A DNA stretch of 64,000 bases, taken from positions 3,360,001 through 3,424,000 of the forward strand of contig OZ244744.1 of the NCBI GenBank assembly GCA_965219455.1. Direction: 5' to 3'. The translations under genes and the position numbers were made by a program. The notes beneath the pieces are model-generated. The model did no database searches. It was not told the origin of the DNA and worked only from the letters and a program-made list of their open reading frames with translations. Of this stretch, positions 9,188 to 19,959 are shown piece by piece. Each line of letters starts with the position of its first letter. Within the stretch, counting starts at the first letter, position 1. The DNA comes from Candidatus Latescibacterota bacterium. GTDB taxonomy: Bacteria > Latescibacterota > UBA2968 > GCA-2709665.

Positions 9188-10540
9188 TTAAGGTCTTCCC
9201 GATCCGACCTGTTCCAGCGCGTCGACCAGGCTCTTCCGCACCAGATCGCACAGCACGTCGATGTCCTGCCGCTGTACGATCAACGCCGGGCTCACGGCAA
9301 ACCAGGTCGGGTCGATCCGAATCAGCAGACCGTTCGCAAGGGAGGTCCGTTTCAGCGCCTGCCCCAGTTCCGGAAACGGCGCCATTGACGTTGTATCCCT
9401 CACGAGTTCAACGCCCTGCAACAGCCCTCTGCCCCGCACTTCGCGTACCACGCCCAGGTCCTTCAACCCTTCCAGCTTCGATGCCAGATACTGACCGAGT
9501 TCCCCGGCCTTCCGATCCAGCTCCTGCTCCACGATTTCGTCGATTACGGCCATACCCACGGCGCAGGCAACGGGATTGGCCGCGAACGTATGCCCGTGCG
9601 CAAAGTTGACATCCGCTTCTACAGGTCCGAGAAAGACGTCTCCCATTTCCTCCCGCGCCATCATGGCCCCCACCGGGTATGCCCCGCTCGAGATCCCCTT
9701 GCCCGCGCAGATAATGTCCGGAGTGACCCCGAACGTCTGAGCGGCGAACATCGAGCCGGTTTTGCCGAAGCCGGTAATGATCTCATCGTAGATCAACACC
9801 ACATTGTAACGGTCGCAGACGTCGCGGATAATCTGAAAATACGCCTCGGTGGGCGTAATAATCCCTCCGGTATTTCCGATCGGTTCCAGAATGACACCCG
9901 CCACCGTATCCGGATCTTCATTGACGATCACGTCCTCGAACATTTGCGCGCAGAAGCGGTTGCATTCCTCCCAGGAATCAAAACGGTCTCTGTAATACGT
10001 AGGCGGAAAGACCTTCAGGAAGCCGCCCATCTGAGGCTCGAACGGTGTCTTGCGCTTCCCCGTCCCGCTGGCCGCCATCGCGCCAAAAGTAGCGCCATGA
10101 TACCCGAAGTAACGACTGATGAATTTGTACTTGCCCGGGTTGCCGCTCTGTTTGAAGTACTGCCGGGTGAACTTCAGTGAGGATTCGACGGCTTCGGAAC
10201 CGCCGCTGTAGGATTTGATGAAATTCAGATTCCCCGGTGTGACGCCACCCAGCTTTTCCACGAAATCCAGCGCCACGTCCGAAAGCCCGTGCATCGGCGG
10301 CGAAAAAGAGAGCGTCTCCGCCTGCTTTCGCATGGCCTCCAGCACGCGGGGGTGGCCGTGACCCAGGGAAGCCACAAAGATGCCGCCGATGCCGTCGAAA
10401 TAGCGCTTGCCCTCAATATCCCAGTAGTAGAGGCCATGCGCCCTTTTCACGAGAAACGGATGTTCCATAAAAGCGGACGTCTGCTGATAATCCAGAAACG
10501 TCCGTTCCAGCAATCGGCGCTGACGCCGATCCAGTTTCAT
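9188..10540 (-). CDS. Class III PLP aminotransferase (omega-amine type)
   Basis: YHGATFG, LIYDEIITGFGKTG, PDIICAGKGISSG, HGHTFAANP. Confidence 0.92.
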   Translation of the reverse strand: MKLDRRQRRLLERTFLDYQQTSAFMEHPFLVKRAHGLYYWDIEGKRYFDGIGGIFVASLGHGHPRVLEAMRKQAETLSFSPPMHGLSDVALDFVEKLGGVTPGNLNFIKSYSGGSEAVESSLKFTRQYFKQSGNPGKYKFISRYFGYHGATFGAMAASGTGKRKTPFEPQMGGFLKVFPPTYYRDRFDSWEECNRFCAQMFEDVIVNEDPDTVAGVILEPIGNTGGIITPTEAYFQIIRDVCDRYNVVLIYDEIITGFGKTGSMFAAQTFGVTPDIICAGKGISSGAYPVGAMMAREEMGDVFLGPVEADVNFAHGHTFAANPVACAVGMAVIDEIVEQELDRKAGELGQYLASKLEGLKDLGVVREVRGRGLLQGVELVRDTTSMAPFPELGQALKRTSLANGLLIRIDPTWFAVSPALIVQRQDIDVLCDLVRKSLVDALEQVGSGRP

Positions 10541-10586
10541 CGGGCTATTCCTCCATACGCCTTACCTCAACGCCATCGACTGGACA

Positions 10587-11354
10587 CTATGCCAGCCCCT
10601 TCGGCGCCAGCACGAGCCGCTCCGCATTCCTGTAAGCGATCTGTTCCCGTTCTGCTTCCGTTATATCCGCCGCCGCAAGCAACGCAGGGAACGCCATCGG
10701 TTCGTAGAGCGGCGAATCCGTGCCGAACAACACCCTGTCCGCTCCCACCTCACGTACGACCAATCCGATGATGCCTGTGCGAATCGCCCGCGCCGTTCCC
10801 ATGTCCGTGTAGAGATTGCCCGTCTTGCAGTCCTGCAGCGCATCGATTGCCTCGTATGTCTGTCCGGGTTGTCCCGCGCCGAAATGCGCCGTGATCAACG
10901 TCAGAGACGGAAAGGCTTCGGCCAGCCGCCGCAACCGGGCCGGGGCTGCGTACGATTCGTTCTCTCCGTGGGACAGCACCGGCAAACCGATGGGTTCCAG
11001 CTTTTCCAATAACCGGAAAGAGGGTTTGATGTCCGCCGGATACTTGTGCTGCACCGGATGGATTTTGAATCCCGCGACCTTGGGATGGTCCTTGAACCGG
11101 TCCAGCAACTCCAGCGACTCGCTCATCTTCAACGGATTCAATACCAGCCATACAAGCAGATGTTCCAGCTTCTCCGCCTGTTGTATGGTCCACTCGTTGC
11201 CGTACGTCAACTCCGTAAACAGCGCCGACCCGGACGTCACCACGGTCCGCTCGATTCCCGCCCGCTCCTGCAACGCCACAAAGCCCTCGGCCGTGAACGT
11301 CGTGATCTCATCAAACCACGGCCCCAGGTGGGCGTGCGTGTCGATGTATCGCAT
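10587..11354 (-). CDS. Amidohydrolase family (amidohydro_2) metal-dependent hydrolase
   Basis: IDTHAH, GFKIHP, AHFG, VLFGTDSP; GGAGG RBS supports start at 11354. Confidence 0.85.
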   Translation of the reverse strand: MRYIDTHAHLGPWFDEITTFTAEGFVALQERAGIERTVVTSGSALFTELTYGNEWTIQQAEKLEHLLVWLVLNPLKMSESLELLDRFKDHPKVAGFKIHPVQHKYPADIKPSFRLLEKLEPIGLPVLSHGENESYAAPARLRRLAEAFPSLTLITAHFGAGQPGQTYEAIDALQDCKTGNLYTDMGTARAIRTGIIGLVVREVGADRVLFGTDSPLYEPMAFPALLAAADITEAEREQIAYRNAERLVLAPKGLA

Positions 11355-11492
11355 TTCAATATCCTCCGGAATCAAAAGCACACATGCGTCCGTCCGAGGA
11401 CGAACGTGTGAACAGAAGAACCAAGAACGCTTGCGCGGTAGTGAGGGGTCAGCGACAAATGGAACTGGTTTCGAGAAAACCCGTGAAGAATT

Positions 11493-12818
11493 TTACATCG
11501 CCCTGCCCACCGCCGCGATCAACCCGTCCACGTGGCCTTCATCCATCGGCGCCGAGACGGCGTTCATCAACAGACCGTTGCCCAGGAAATATCCCTGTTC
11601 GATCAGACCGAGTAGCAGACGGTGCGCCGCCGCCTTATCCGTTCGGGCCAGATGGCGGTAATTCACCATCGTCTCACCAGAAAAATGAATGCTGAACAGC
11701 GATCCCACACCCACCGCAGTCGCATCCACGTTTCTGTCTGCAAACAACCTGTTCAACCCGTCCCGGAGGCGTTCTCCCAGGCGGTCCAGGTGCACAAACA
11801 CATCCGGCGTCAACTGCTCCAGCGTGGCCAGGCCCGCAGCCATTACCACGGGATGCCCGCTGAACGTGCCGCTCTGAAAAAAACCGGTCGGCCCCTGCGA
11901 CGAATCGAATCGATCCATCAGGTCCGCCCGGCCTCCGAAGGCGCCCACCGGAAAACCGCCGCCGATTACCTTTCCATACGTCGTCAGATCCGGCGTGATT
12001 CCGTAGCGTTCCTGCAGCCCCCCGGTACCGACCCGGAATCCGACGATCTCATCGAAAATCGACAGTACATTATTCCGACGCGCCATGTCACATACAAACT
12101 GCGCGAACTCCGCGCGCTGGGATAATATGCCCGCCCGGGGATCGAATATCACGCAGGCCAGTTCGCGACGATGCCGCGCGAGCAATCGCTCCGCGGCGTT
12201 CTCATCATTATACGGCAGCACCACCACCTCGCCCGCGGCGTTCGGTGAAGCGCCGCCCGCCGTGGATACCGAACGCGGGGCCGACGCGGGCCCGGCCTTA
12301 TCAAGGGGCGGGGCCACACTCACCTCCACCACGTCGTGGCTCCCATGATATCCGCCCTCGAACTTGGCGATCTTCGTCCTTCCGCTGACCCCACGCGCCA
12401 GGCGAATGGCGTGCAGGGTCGCTTCGGTGCCGGAATTGCAGAACCGTATCTTCTCAACGGACTTTACGCGCCTGCACATCTCCTCGGCCAGTCCCGTCTC
12501 CACGCCCGCGGGCGCGCTCAACGCGATCCCCCTCGAGACCTGCGCCTGCACCGCCGCCACCACTGCGGGATGATTGTGGCCCAGAATCTGCGCCGTATGG
12601 TGGTTGTTGAAGTCCACCAGTTTGCGGCCATCCAGGTCGTACAGGTAACACCCTTCACCCCGTTCGATGGTCAGCGGATAGGGCTTGTAGAAGTACGCCC
12701 CTTTCACGCCTCCCGGCATCACCGCCCTGGCCTGTTCGAAAGCCGCTTCGGAACGTGGGCTGCCCACCCGATATCGTTCCTCCACCGAGGGTCCGCGTCC
12801 AACCGATGTCTCATCCAT
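11493..12818 (-). CDS. Class III aminotransferase, glutamate-1-semialdehyde aminomutase-like
   Basis: MPGG, NSGTEAT, KFEGGYHG, FDEIVGFR, PDLTTYGKVIGGGFPVGAFGG. Confidence 0.88.
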   Translation of the reverse strand: MDETSVGRGPSVEERYRVGSPRSEAAFEQARAVMPGGVKGAYFYKPYPLTIERGEGCYLYDLDGRKLVDFNNHHTAQILGHNHPAVVAAVQAQVSRGIALSAPAGVETGLAEEMCRRVKSVEKIRFCNSGTEATLHAIRLARGVSGRTKIAKFEGGYHGSHDVVEVSVAPPLDKAGPASAPRSVSTAGGASPNAAGEVVVLPYNDENAAERLLARHRRELACVIFDPRAGILSQRAEFAQFVCDMARRNNVLSIFDEIVGFRVGTGGLQERYGITPDLTTYGKVIGGGFPVGAFGGRADLMDRFDSSQGPTGFFQSGTFSGHPVVMAAGLATLEQLTPDVFVHLDRLGERLRDGLNRLFADRNVDATAVGVGSLFSIHFSGETMVNYRHLARTDKAAAHRLLLGLIEQGYFLGNGLLMNAVSAPMDEGHVDGLIAAVGRAM

Positions 12819-12827
12819 GGTGATTTC

Positions 12828-13829
12828 TCAATCCAACCGGAAACGCTCGAAAACAATGTGCTCGTACGCCGAGGCCGATCCCGCTTCGTATAAACAACCG
12901 AACGTGTCCTCCGGAAGCACCACAAGGCAGGAATACGCCGCCGGGCCCTCGTGCAGCAATTTCGCCGCGGGCCAGGTCATACCCCCGTCGTTGCTCAGTC
13001 GGACGGTCATGTTTACCCGCTCTCCTCCACCGGGATTTGCCGGCCCGGGAGCTGCGGGATTCGAAAACAGCAGGTCGTTCCTGCCTTTGCCTTCCACGAG
13101 GCTGGCCTGGCATTTGGGACAGGGCAGGTTCCGGTCGTGCCGGAACGCCTGCCAGGACTCCCCGCCGTCCCGGCTCAGCGCAGTTCCGCGATACCCTTCG
13201 CTGTGCGTCTGCATCCGGGTGTTCATGACGACGCTTCCGTCCGCAAGTTCACCGAACTGGCACTCGTTGGCTCCCGGCCGGACCGTGCCTCCCAACCGCC
13301 AGGAAATTCCTCCGTCGTCACTGTAAATCGAATGTGAACCGCAGTCGTACGCATGCGGGTTCCGATGGTCGCAGGGAATCAGCAGCCGCCCTCTTCCCGC
13401 TCCGTTCCGGAGTTGAATGCCCACCCCGGGACCCGTCGCATACCAGGCCCACTCGCGCTTCTTGACGCCCTCGGTAATGTCCGTCGGATCCGACCAGTGC
13501 CAGCCGTCGTCGGTACTGTGTGTGACCAGTACATCCATGTTGTCTCTGCAGAACAACATCCGGATTGTGCCCGTCTCCGCGTCCACCACCGGACAGGGAT
13601 TGCCGATCGTGATCTCACCCTCTTCGCTGTACACCACCTGCTGCGCCGACCAAGAACGTCCCCCGTCTTCCGAACGCTTCATCAGGAGGTCGATATCTCC
13701 GTGATCCCACTGATTGTTACGCCGGCCTTCGCAAAGGGCCAGCAGGGATCCGCCGGGTGCAACAAGAACCGCCGGAATCCGGTAGGTGTGGTACCCATCC
13801 TGGCCGCTGGTGAAAACATTCGTCTTCAC
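12828..13829 (-). CDS. Sialidase (GH33, BNR/Asp-box)
   Basis: YRIP motif, repeated SxDxGxxW Asp-boxes, NECQ, AYSCL; no signal peptide. Confidence 0.92.
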   Translation of the reverse strand: MKTNVFTSGQDGYHTYRIPAVLVAPGGSLLALCEGRRNNQWDHGDIDLLMKRSEDGGRSWSAQQVVYSEEGEITIGNPCPVVDAETGTIRMLFCRDNMDVLVTHSTDDGWHWSDPTDITEGVKKREWAWYATGPGVGIQLRNGAGRGRLLIPCDHRNPHAYDCGSHSIYSDDGGISWRLGGTVRPGANECQFGELADGSVVMNTRMQTHSEGYRGTALSRDGGESWQAFRHDRNLPCPKCQASLVEGKGRNDLLFSNPAAPGPANPGGGERVNMTVRLSNDGGMTWPAAKLLHEGPAAYSCLVVLPEDTFGCLYEAGSASAYEHIVFERFRLD

Positions 13830-13883
13830 GTATACACCCTTTCGTCCGGCCTTGCGGCAGATCTGGTGTTCCGGGCCGGAACA

Positions 13884-14696
13884 CTAATGCTGGTCACGCC
13901 GGTCCATGATTTCCGTGGCCCGCAGTTCCCGAACCAGTTCGATCAGTCCCCCTATGGCGGCCTCCAGGAATTGCTCCCCTTTCTCCCGGCTGGCCTTTGT
14001 CGCGTCCCCCATCACGCCGCTGGCCGTTTTCGTGCTCCAGTACGGCGTGAAATTCGCACTGGACCCCTCCGGGTGGCCGCCTGCGAGCAGATCGGACTGG
14101 AAACTGCTCGACAGGGGCGACCGTTCGTCGACCGCCTTGCTCATGTCCACCAGATCCGGCTTCAATGCCAGGTATAGCGATGTCTCAAACTCTCCTCCGT
14201 GGGAGGTCCCGCCGTAGTCGGATTCCCTCAGTTCGCGGCCCACCTCTTTCACCTTCCGGAGCCCCCAGTGGTTCACCGAACCGCACAGAATCCTGCCCTC
14301 GTATTCGATCACCGACAGCCGGGTCGCCAGGTCCAGCGGGGGCGCATTGCTTCCGTGGCCGTTTACCACCAGAATCCGCTTGAAGCCGTGGTGGGCGAGG
14401 CTGCAGCAGACATCCTTGACGTACTTGATGAACGTATCCCATGTGATCGTCAGGGTCCCGTGAAAATCCATGTGATGGGGGCTGTACCCGTGCGGAACCG
14501 GCGGGGCCAGAACGGCTTCCGACGGGATCCGCGCCACGGCCCGTTCGCAGATCTCGGTACAGAGTACGACGTCGGTATCCACCGGAAGGTGAGGGCCGTG
14601 ATCCTCGTATGTCGCCACTGGAAGGACCGCCACCCGGTCCTGTTCCGCGGCCTCCTTGATTTCATACCATATCATTTCGGCAAATCGATATTTCAT
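13884..14696 (-). CDS. Creatininase family amidohydrolase
   Basis: EDHGPHLPVDTD, GYSPHH, NGHGSN, HGGEFETS. Confidence 0.9.
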   Translation of the reverse strand: MKYRFAEMIWYEIKEAAEQDRVAVLPVATYEDHGPHLPVDTDVVLCTEICERAVARIPSEAVLAPPVPHGYSPHHMDFHGTLTITWDTFIKYVKDVCCSLAHHGFKRILVVNGHGSNAPPLDLATRLSVIEYEGRILCGSVNHWGLRKVKEVGRELRESDYGGTSHGGEFETSLYLALKPDLVDMSKAVDERSPLSSSFQSDLLAGGHPEGSSANFTPYWSTKTASGVMGDATKASREKGEQFLEAAIGGLIELVRELRATEIMDRRDQH

Positions 14697-14807
14697 TCTA
14701 TACTCCTTAAGCCATGAATCTCTTCGGGCTTACGCGAATTAGGGCCGATGCCTGCTCGCCAACGGCCCATCCGGATTCCACCGAAACTCCTGTACCCGCG
14801 CCGCCGT

Positions 14808-15269
14808 TCAGTGCACGGGGAAGAAGATGTCGGTACGCCATTTTGACTGGTCCGGCTCCGCGCCCGGATCCGTCATGTAGACCTCCCAGGGCGCTCCCGC
14901 CGCCTGCAGCCCCTGTTTCTCCATCCAATCCTTCAAAGCCGACCACGTCTGCCCCAACTGCTCGTAGGGGCCCATGTGCGTCACCGTCACCATTTTCCCT
15001 GCGGGAAGTTCGCCTGATCGAACGCGCTCAGTACCCTCTACGGCCGAAGCCACCGGCATCCCGCATTCCATATCGAGGCGGTCGCGATCCATCTCGTGGT
15101 AGATTGTGAAGGGCATCCCCGCCGGCGCAAGACCGTTCCGGTTGAGATAGTCCATTACCTCGCCGAAAAGGGCGCCGATGGCTTGGGCGATCTCCTCCAT
15201 ACTGGTTGTGGTGCGTATGCCCACGATAGGCTGCGACACGATTTCCCGGGTGGCGAAATTCAAACTCAT
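14808..15269 (-). CDS. GyrI-like small-molecule-binding domain protein
   Basis: AGMPFTIYH, THMGPYEQL, WEVYMTDP...WRTDIFFP; GGAGG RBS before ATG 15269. Confidence 0.85.
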   Translation of the reverse strand: MSLNFATREIVSQPIVGIRTTTSMEEIAQAIGALFGEVMDYLNRNGLAPAGMPFTIYHEMDRDRLDMECGMPVASAVEGTERVRSGELPAGKMVTVTHMGPYEQLGQTWSALKDWMEKQGLQAAGAPWEVYMTDPGAEPDQSKWRTDIFFPVH

Positions 15270-15368
15270 TGATGGATCCTCCATTGACGGGGCATCTTCC
15301 GGTCGGAATTCAAACCGTCCGCATGCAGTGAGGCGGCCAGTTTTGCGCCAACCCTGGCGGCTGGCCGT

Positions 15369-15782
15369 TCAATCCTTTTCTTTCGTATCTTTCTCCTCAA
15401 AGTCCAGCGCCGCGGAGTTCATGCAGTACCGCAACCCCGTCGGTTGGGGTCCATCGTCGAACACGTGTCCGAGATGCGCGTCGCACCGGCTGCATTTTAC
15501 CTCCGTGCGCGCCATGCCGTAGGCCAAATCCGTTTCCGTTTCCACGTTCGCGGCATCCTTCGGGGCCCAGAAGCTGGGCCAGCCCGTGCAGGAATCGTAT
15601 TTGGCGTCGGAACGAAACAGCTCGTTTCCGCAGCACACACAAAGATAAATCCCTTTCCCCTTGAAGTCGTGGTATTCGCCCGTAAACGCCCGTTCAGTTC
15701 CGCCCCTTCTTGTCACCTGATACTGTTCGGGCGACAGCTTTTCCCGCCACTCCTCGTCGGTCTTTTCCATTTTCTCAGCCAC
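15369..15782 (-). CDS. msrB: Peptide-methionine (R)-S-oxide reductase
   Basis: GTERAFTG, two CxxC Zn motifs, [21 protein letters not shown]. Confidence 0.97.
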   Translation of the reverse strand: MAEKMEKTDEEWREKLSPEQYQVTRRGGTERAFTGEYHDFKGKGIYLCVCCGNELFRSDAKYDSCTGWPSFWAPKDAANVETETDLAYGMARTEVKCSRCDAHLGHVFDDGPQPTGLRYCMNSAALDFEEKDTKEKD

Positions 15783-15876
15783 GCCGGCCTCCTTGGTATT
15801 GTGGGTGCCACGGCTTCCCTGCCAGGGCCCGCACAGTTCCTTTCGTTCCGGTCCTGCGTTTTTCGGTTCCGCGTTG

Positions 15877-17583
15877 CTAGGCGATCTCCAGCGTCAATTC
15901 ATACCGATCCATGCCCTCTGAAAATGGCAGCACCAGCGCCAGCCGCGCCTCTCCAATCTGTGCCTCTCCCGCCTTGGTATAGGGGTTGTGCGGCAGCGCC
16001 GGCCAAACAAGCCTCGCGCCCGACGGGAGTGACAGTCGCCAGCCCGCGTGTTCGAACCAGGCGCCATCCGCACCGTTCCATTCCACGGCATCCGCCCCCA
16101 ATTCAACGCATTCGCCCGACGACGACCGAAGTTCTTCTTCCAGATGCGGGAGTAGCGTCACGTGCCCTTGCATGCTCATTCCGGAGTTGCCTGCCACCTC
16201 GTAGACCAGAAGCAGTTGCATCTCCCCCTGCGGCGCAAGCGTCACGGTTCCCACATTCTCTCCATAGTGCAGTTCAACCCCCGGGCGCTCATCGTCTTTG
16301 AGGATTTCCGCCCTGTCCGGGATATGCGCCAGCCCGTCAAACGGGCCGAAGTCCGGTTCGATATCCCCAGGCGTATGTCGCATCAGCGATGTATCCCCCA
16401 CGGCGAACGTACTCCACAGCGGCTGCAGCTTGGTATTGCCGCCCCCGGCAATCAACCCGGTTTTCTCGTGGAATAAACTGACGAAATTCTGCCGGTCCTG
16501 CCGGAACCGATTCTCATTAAGCGGACAACAATAGGCCGACAGACTCAGGAACCACGGCTTGCGCGAGACGATCAGCGAATCGCCACCCATCGCGTACGTA
16601 TGCCGCTCCCGGTCGGCCGCAGTCTCCTCAATTTCCCCTTCGCCCCCGTAAAGCAGCATGTGGGAGGCATAGTCAACGTCGAACGTCCCGCCGTTCTCCA
16701 GAAACAACCGATGTTGACGGGCCAGATATCCTCTTCCCGGAGCGGTGTGGCTGAACCCCGGATTGCCCAGGCGAACGCCGTCTTTGTACACATTGCGCTC
16801 GTCCACCGTCTCCACCACGCTCCCGTCCGGATAAATGTAATTGGAATGAAACCGCGCCGCTTTCTCAAGCGCCTCCAGCACGCGTCCATCCCCCGACATC
16901 TTGTAATAAATGCCCATTGCATCCGAATACACGTAGTTGTAGGACACGACCGGCCCCACGTTTTCGGTCCACCACCCGTACGAGGACTGCGCCGCCACGA
17001 CCTCGTGGATGAATTCCTGCGCCTGCGTCTTCCAATCCTGGCGCTCAAACACCATCCCGGCGCAATAGAGCGACATTGCGTGGTGGGTGGGAATATTGTG
17101 AATCCGATGCAGGCACGTCTGCGAAACACCCTCGAATCCCAGCATCAATGCCTCGTTCCATCGGGCGCGCGCCTGGCCGTCCATCCCCTCCCGAACCAGC
17201 TGATACGCGTGAATCCAACGGCTGTACGTCCAGGGCATGTAAATTTGCCCCCACTCCGAATAGTCCTTCTTCAAAAACGTCCACATCCCGGCCTCGTCCT
17301 GGGCCTCAATCAGCGCATCGCCGCCGCGCACAATTGCCGCCAGGACCTCCTCATTCCCTTTATAAGGACTATTATCAAGCGTCCAGGCCGCGGCCAGCGG
17401 CAAGATCAGATGCTGGTCCAGGCAGGTCCAGGGCTCCGTGCCAAATCGTCCATCTTTCCGTTGATCCGCGAGAATTCCGGTCACCGCATCCAGCAACGCC
17501 TCCGACATTTCAGGCTCGATTTTCCACAGGTTTGCCATTTCTTTCATGCCTTTCGCGGTCAAGTTCAAGATAGGCAACCCCAT
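15877..17583 (-). CDS. Hypothetical protein, probable alpha/alpha-toroid carbohydrate-active fold (start may be 17547 or 17538)
   Basis: 568-aa ORF with HNIPTHH, GWWTE, YPDG...DERN, similar in pattern to lyase/heparinase-like toroid proteins. Confidence 0.6.
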   Translation of the reverse strand: MGLPILNLTAKGMKEMANLWKIEPEMSEALLDAVTGILADQRKDGRFGTEPWTCLDQHLILPLAAAWTLDNSPYKGNEEVLAAIVRGGDALIEAQDEAGMWTFLKKDYSEWGQIYMPWTYSRWIHAYQLVREGMDGQARARWNEALMLGFEGVSQTCLHRIHNIPTHHAMSLYCAGMVFERQDWKTQAQEFIHEVVAAQSSYGWWTENVGPVVSYNYVYSDAMGIYYKMSGDGRVLEALEKAARFHSNYIYPDGSVVETVDERNVYKDGVRLGNPGFSHTAPGRGYLARQHRLFLENGGTFDVDYASHMLLYGGEGEIEETAADRERHTYAMGGDSLIVSRKPWFLSLSAYCCPLNENRFRQDRQNFVSLFHEKTGLIAGGGNTKLQPLWSTFAVGDTSLMRHTPGDIEPDFGPFDGLAHIPDRAEILKDDERPGVELHYGENVGTVTLAPQGEMQLLLVYEVAGNSGMSMQGHVTLLPHLEEELRSSSGECVELGADAVEWNGADGAWFEHAGWRLSLPSGARLVWPALPHNPYTKAGEAQIGEARLALVLPFSEGMDRYELTLEIA

Positions 17584-17616
17584 GCGGGGCTTACCACCCT
17601 CTGGGTCGGACGACGT

Positions 17617-18111
17617 TCAGGAACCGGTGGCAAAGGACTCCTCCAGCACGTCCAGGCGGTAGTCCATCATGCGGTCGCCGTCGAAGATCCAGTAGCCGGA
17701 GAACCGCTGCCCGGCCACCAGCAGCGGCAGCCACAGGCGGTCGTCCTCCCACATCCGGTCGAACGGGATGGCATCCAGATCGACCCACAGCGGGACCGCT
17801 TCATCTGTCTCAACCGGGGTCCCGTGCAAACCCGAGGCGCGGTAGACGTGGACGTATGTAGAGTACCCGTCCACAAACTGGAAGCGATGCTCCCCCACGC
17901 GAACGGGATTCACCGCGGTGACGCCGAGTTCTTCGCGCAGTTCGCGCATCGCGGCGGCCTCCGGCGCTTCCCCCGGCTCGAGGCGTCCGCCCAGCCCGCG
18001 TTTCTTGTGGATCAACAAAATTTGGCCACCGCGGATCACGAAGATGAGCGTGGCCGGGTCCACGGCCGTCCACGTGGTCCAGTCGATCTCCGAAACGCGC
18101 GTTGAATGCAT
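17617..18111 (-). CDS. NUDIX hydrolase, MTH1/8-oxo-dGTPase-like
   Basis: Nudix box GRLEPGEAPEAAAMRELREELGV; IPFDRMWEDDRLWLP typical of NUDT1-like enzymes. Confidence 0.85.
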   Translation of the reverse strand: MHSTRVSEIDWTTWTAVDPATLIFVIRGGQILLIHKKRGLGGRLEPGEAPEAAAMRELREELGVTAVNPVRVGEHRFQFVDGYSTYVHVYRASGLHGTPVETDEAVPLWVDLDAIPFDRMWEDDRLWLPLLVAGQRFSGYWIFDGDRMMDYRLDVLEESFATGS

Positions 18112-18159
18112 GGGAACTCCCGGCCTTCCGGGGTGTGCGTCGCCCGCGTTCCTGCGCGG

Positions 18160-19959
18160 TTACAATATCTGGGCAGCCATCAACCGGTGTCCGGAAGAGA
18201 AATATATGTCATTCCCCACGATCGGTCCGGCCGCCCCGTGCCCTCCCAAGCTCTCGTCAAATTTCACGATGACGTCTACGGAGAGCGAATCGGGATCCAA
18301 CCGGTAGATCAGGGTATGGGTCAAACCGTAAATCTGTCCGTCGGGTCCCAGTTGCAACCCGTTGTCCACCGGGCCGCCCTCGGGGGCAGATATCCGATCC
18401 GTGAACGCCCGCTCCCTCGGATCGAACACGAAAATCTCCGGGCCGCGTTCTTCACCACTGAACGTCCCGAAAAGCCGCCCGTCCGGAACGGCAACGAGTG
18501 CATTGAAGATCTTCACCGGCGGATCCGGCGTACCCTCCCAGACTTTCTCTTCTTCTTCGTAGTCGAAGAGGAAAAGCACCGCCTCGTCCACCCGGGGCTG
18601 CGTCCCGCTCCCTGCGCTGATGGTCGTGCCGACGGCGATCAGTGCTTCCGCCTCCAGATGCGCCAGGGTATAGCAGCTTCCGTCCCCCACAATCCGATAG
18701 AACGCCTTTTTCTCCTCTGTTTCCGGGTGGTAGTATGAAAGCGGCCCGCCCCACCTCCCGTAGTCCGGAATCGATGCCAGCCAGACCTTTCCGCCTGGGC
18801 CCCCCAGCGTCGAACGCGGCCGGTACGATATGTTGTCCACCCGCCCTATGTCCCATGGATTGCTGCCGCGGCTTTCGCCGAAATGGTACGGCTGAGACGG
18901 ATCGTAAATGGAGATTCTCGCACCCGGGTATGACGAGATGTAGATTTTTCCGTCCAGATTCGCCATCGAATACGCCTCGCCGGTGGCGGTCGAACAGATG
19001 CCCAGGTCCGTCAGGTCATCCTTACCGGGATCGTATTGGAACAGCCGCTCCGGCAGGACGCTGGATCCGTACACGCAGCCATCCGGACCGCCGTGCAAAC
19101 AGAAGATATCGGTACCGGCCGCCTCAAATTCGATGTTGAAGGTCTTCGCCGCCCCGTCGGGGCCCGTTACCTCGAGAATTCGACACGTCTGCTCCACCGC
19201 GTCCACGAACCGGAAGGTACTGCCGTCCGGCAGGGTGGGCCTGACGCCTTCCGCGGGGACGGTCTCATCCACCGGGACGGCATCCATGCCCTCCAGGCGG
19301 AAATTCCCTTCGCTCGACTCGATGTACAGGTTGCCATCCTCCCCCCGGTGAAGGGTCAGCGTCCCTTCGCCGCGAGTCACGACCGGCCCCACCGTCCGTT
19401 TTTCACCCGTCTTCGGATCCAGGACCACAACGTGCGGCCGGGTCTGCATGATCATCGACGCGACCGTATCGCCGGTATTCACGTAGCAGTAGGCGTACAT
19501 ATCCACTTCGTCCAGCCGTCCGTACCGGGTAAACTCCCCGTTGTCCGGATTAAAGCTCGTCAGATCCGCGGTGCCATAGCTGGAAATCCAAATGAGTCCC
19601 CGTGAGTCCTCGTCGATGCTGCACGGAAAGATAGCCGCCTTTTCATTAATGGTGCCGAAATTCACCAGATCGTCCTGCTCGGGATCAAAACAGTACAGCT
19701 GCCCCGAGTGCGCCGCCCCGATATAGAGCCGTCCGTTACGTGCCTGATAGACGGCGGTGGTGTAGTTCGAGTCGGGAACGTCCGGCCAGAACTGACGCAA
19801 CCGCCCCGTTTCCGGATCGATCTGCAATACGAAAAGATTCGCGGCCTGCTGCGACATCGTCGCATACAGACACGGTTCACCGGCACCGTTTCGCCCCGCA
19901 AACAACTGCGCGCGGTTTACCGCGCGAACCGGAATACCAACCTCCCTCACCTGCGACAT
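18160..19959 (-). CDS. Hypothetical beta-propeller protein
   Basis: Repeated DGxxYxxS / LFxYDP blade motifs over 599 aa; GGAGG RBS. Confidence 0.65.
   Translation of the reverse strand: MSQVREVGIPVRAVNRAQLFAGRNGAGEPCLYATMSQQAANLFVLQIDPETGRLRQFWPDVPDSNYTTAVYQARNGRLYIGAAHSGQLYCFDPEQDDLVNFGTINEKAAIFPCSIDEDSRGLIWISSYGTADLTSFNPDNGEFTRYGRLDEVDMYAYCYVNTGDTVASMIMQTRPHVVVLDPKTGEKRTVGPVVTRGEGTLTLHRGEDGNLYIESSEGNFRLEGMDAVPVDETVPAEGVRPTLPDGSTFRFVDAVEQTCRILEVTGPDGAAKTFNIEFEAAGTDIFCLHGGPDGCVYGSSVLPERLFQYDPGKDDLTDLGICSTATGEAYSMANLDGKIYISSYPGARISIYDPSQPYHFGESRGSNPWDIGRVDNISYRPRSTLGGPGGKVWLASIPDYGRWGGPLSYYHPETEEKKAFYRIVGDGSCYTLAHLEAEALIAVGTTISAGSGTQPRVDEAVLFLFDYEEEEKVWEGTPDPPVKIFNALVAVPDGRLFGTFSGEERGPEIFVFDPRERAFTDRISAPEGGPVDNGLQLGPDGQIYGLTHTLIYRLDPDSLSVDVIVKFDESLGGHGAAGPIVGNDIYFSSGHRLMAAQIL

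Noticed and set aside
11493-12818. hemL assignment
   Set aside because: GSAM-like fold, but the PGGVNSPVR motif is absent and the context is catabolic; left as family-level.
16600-18105. 501-aa plus-strand ORF
   Set aside because: Antisense to two better supported minus-strand genes.
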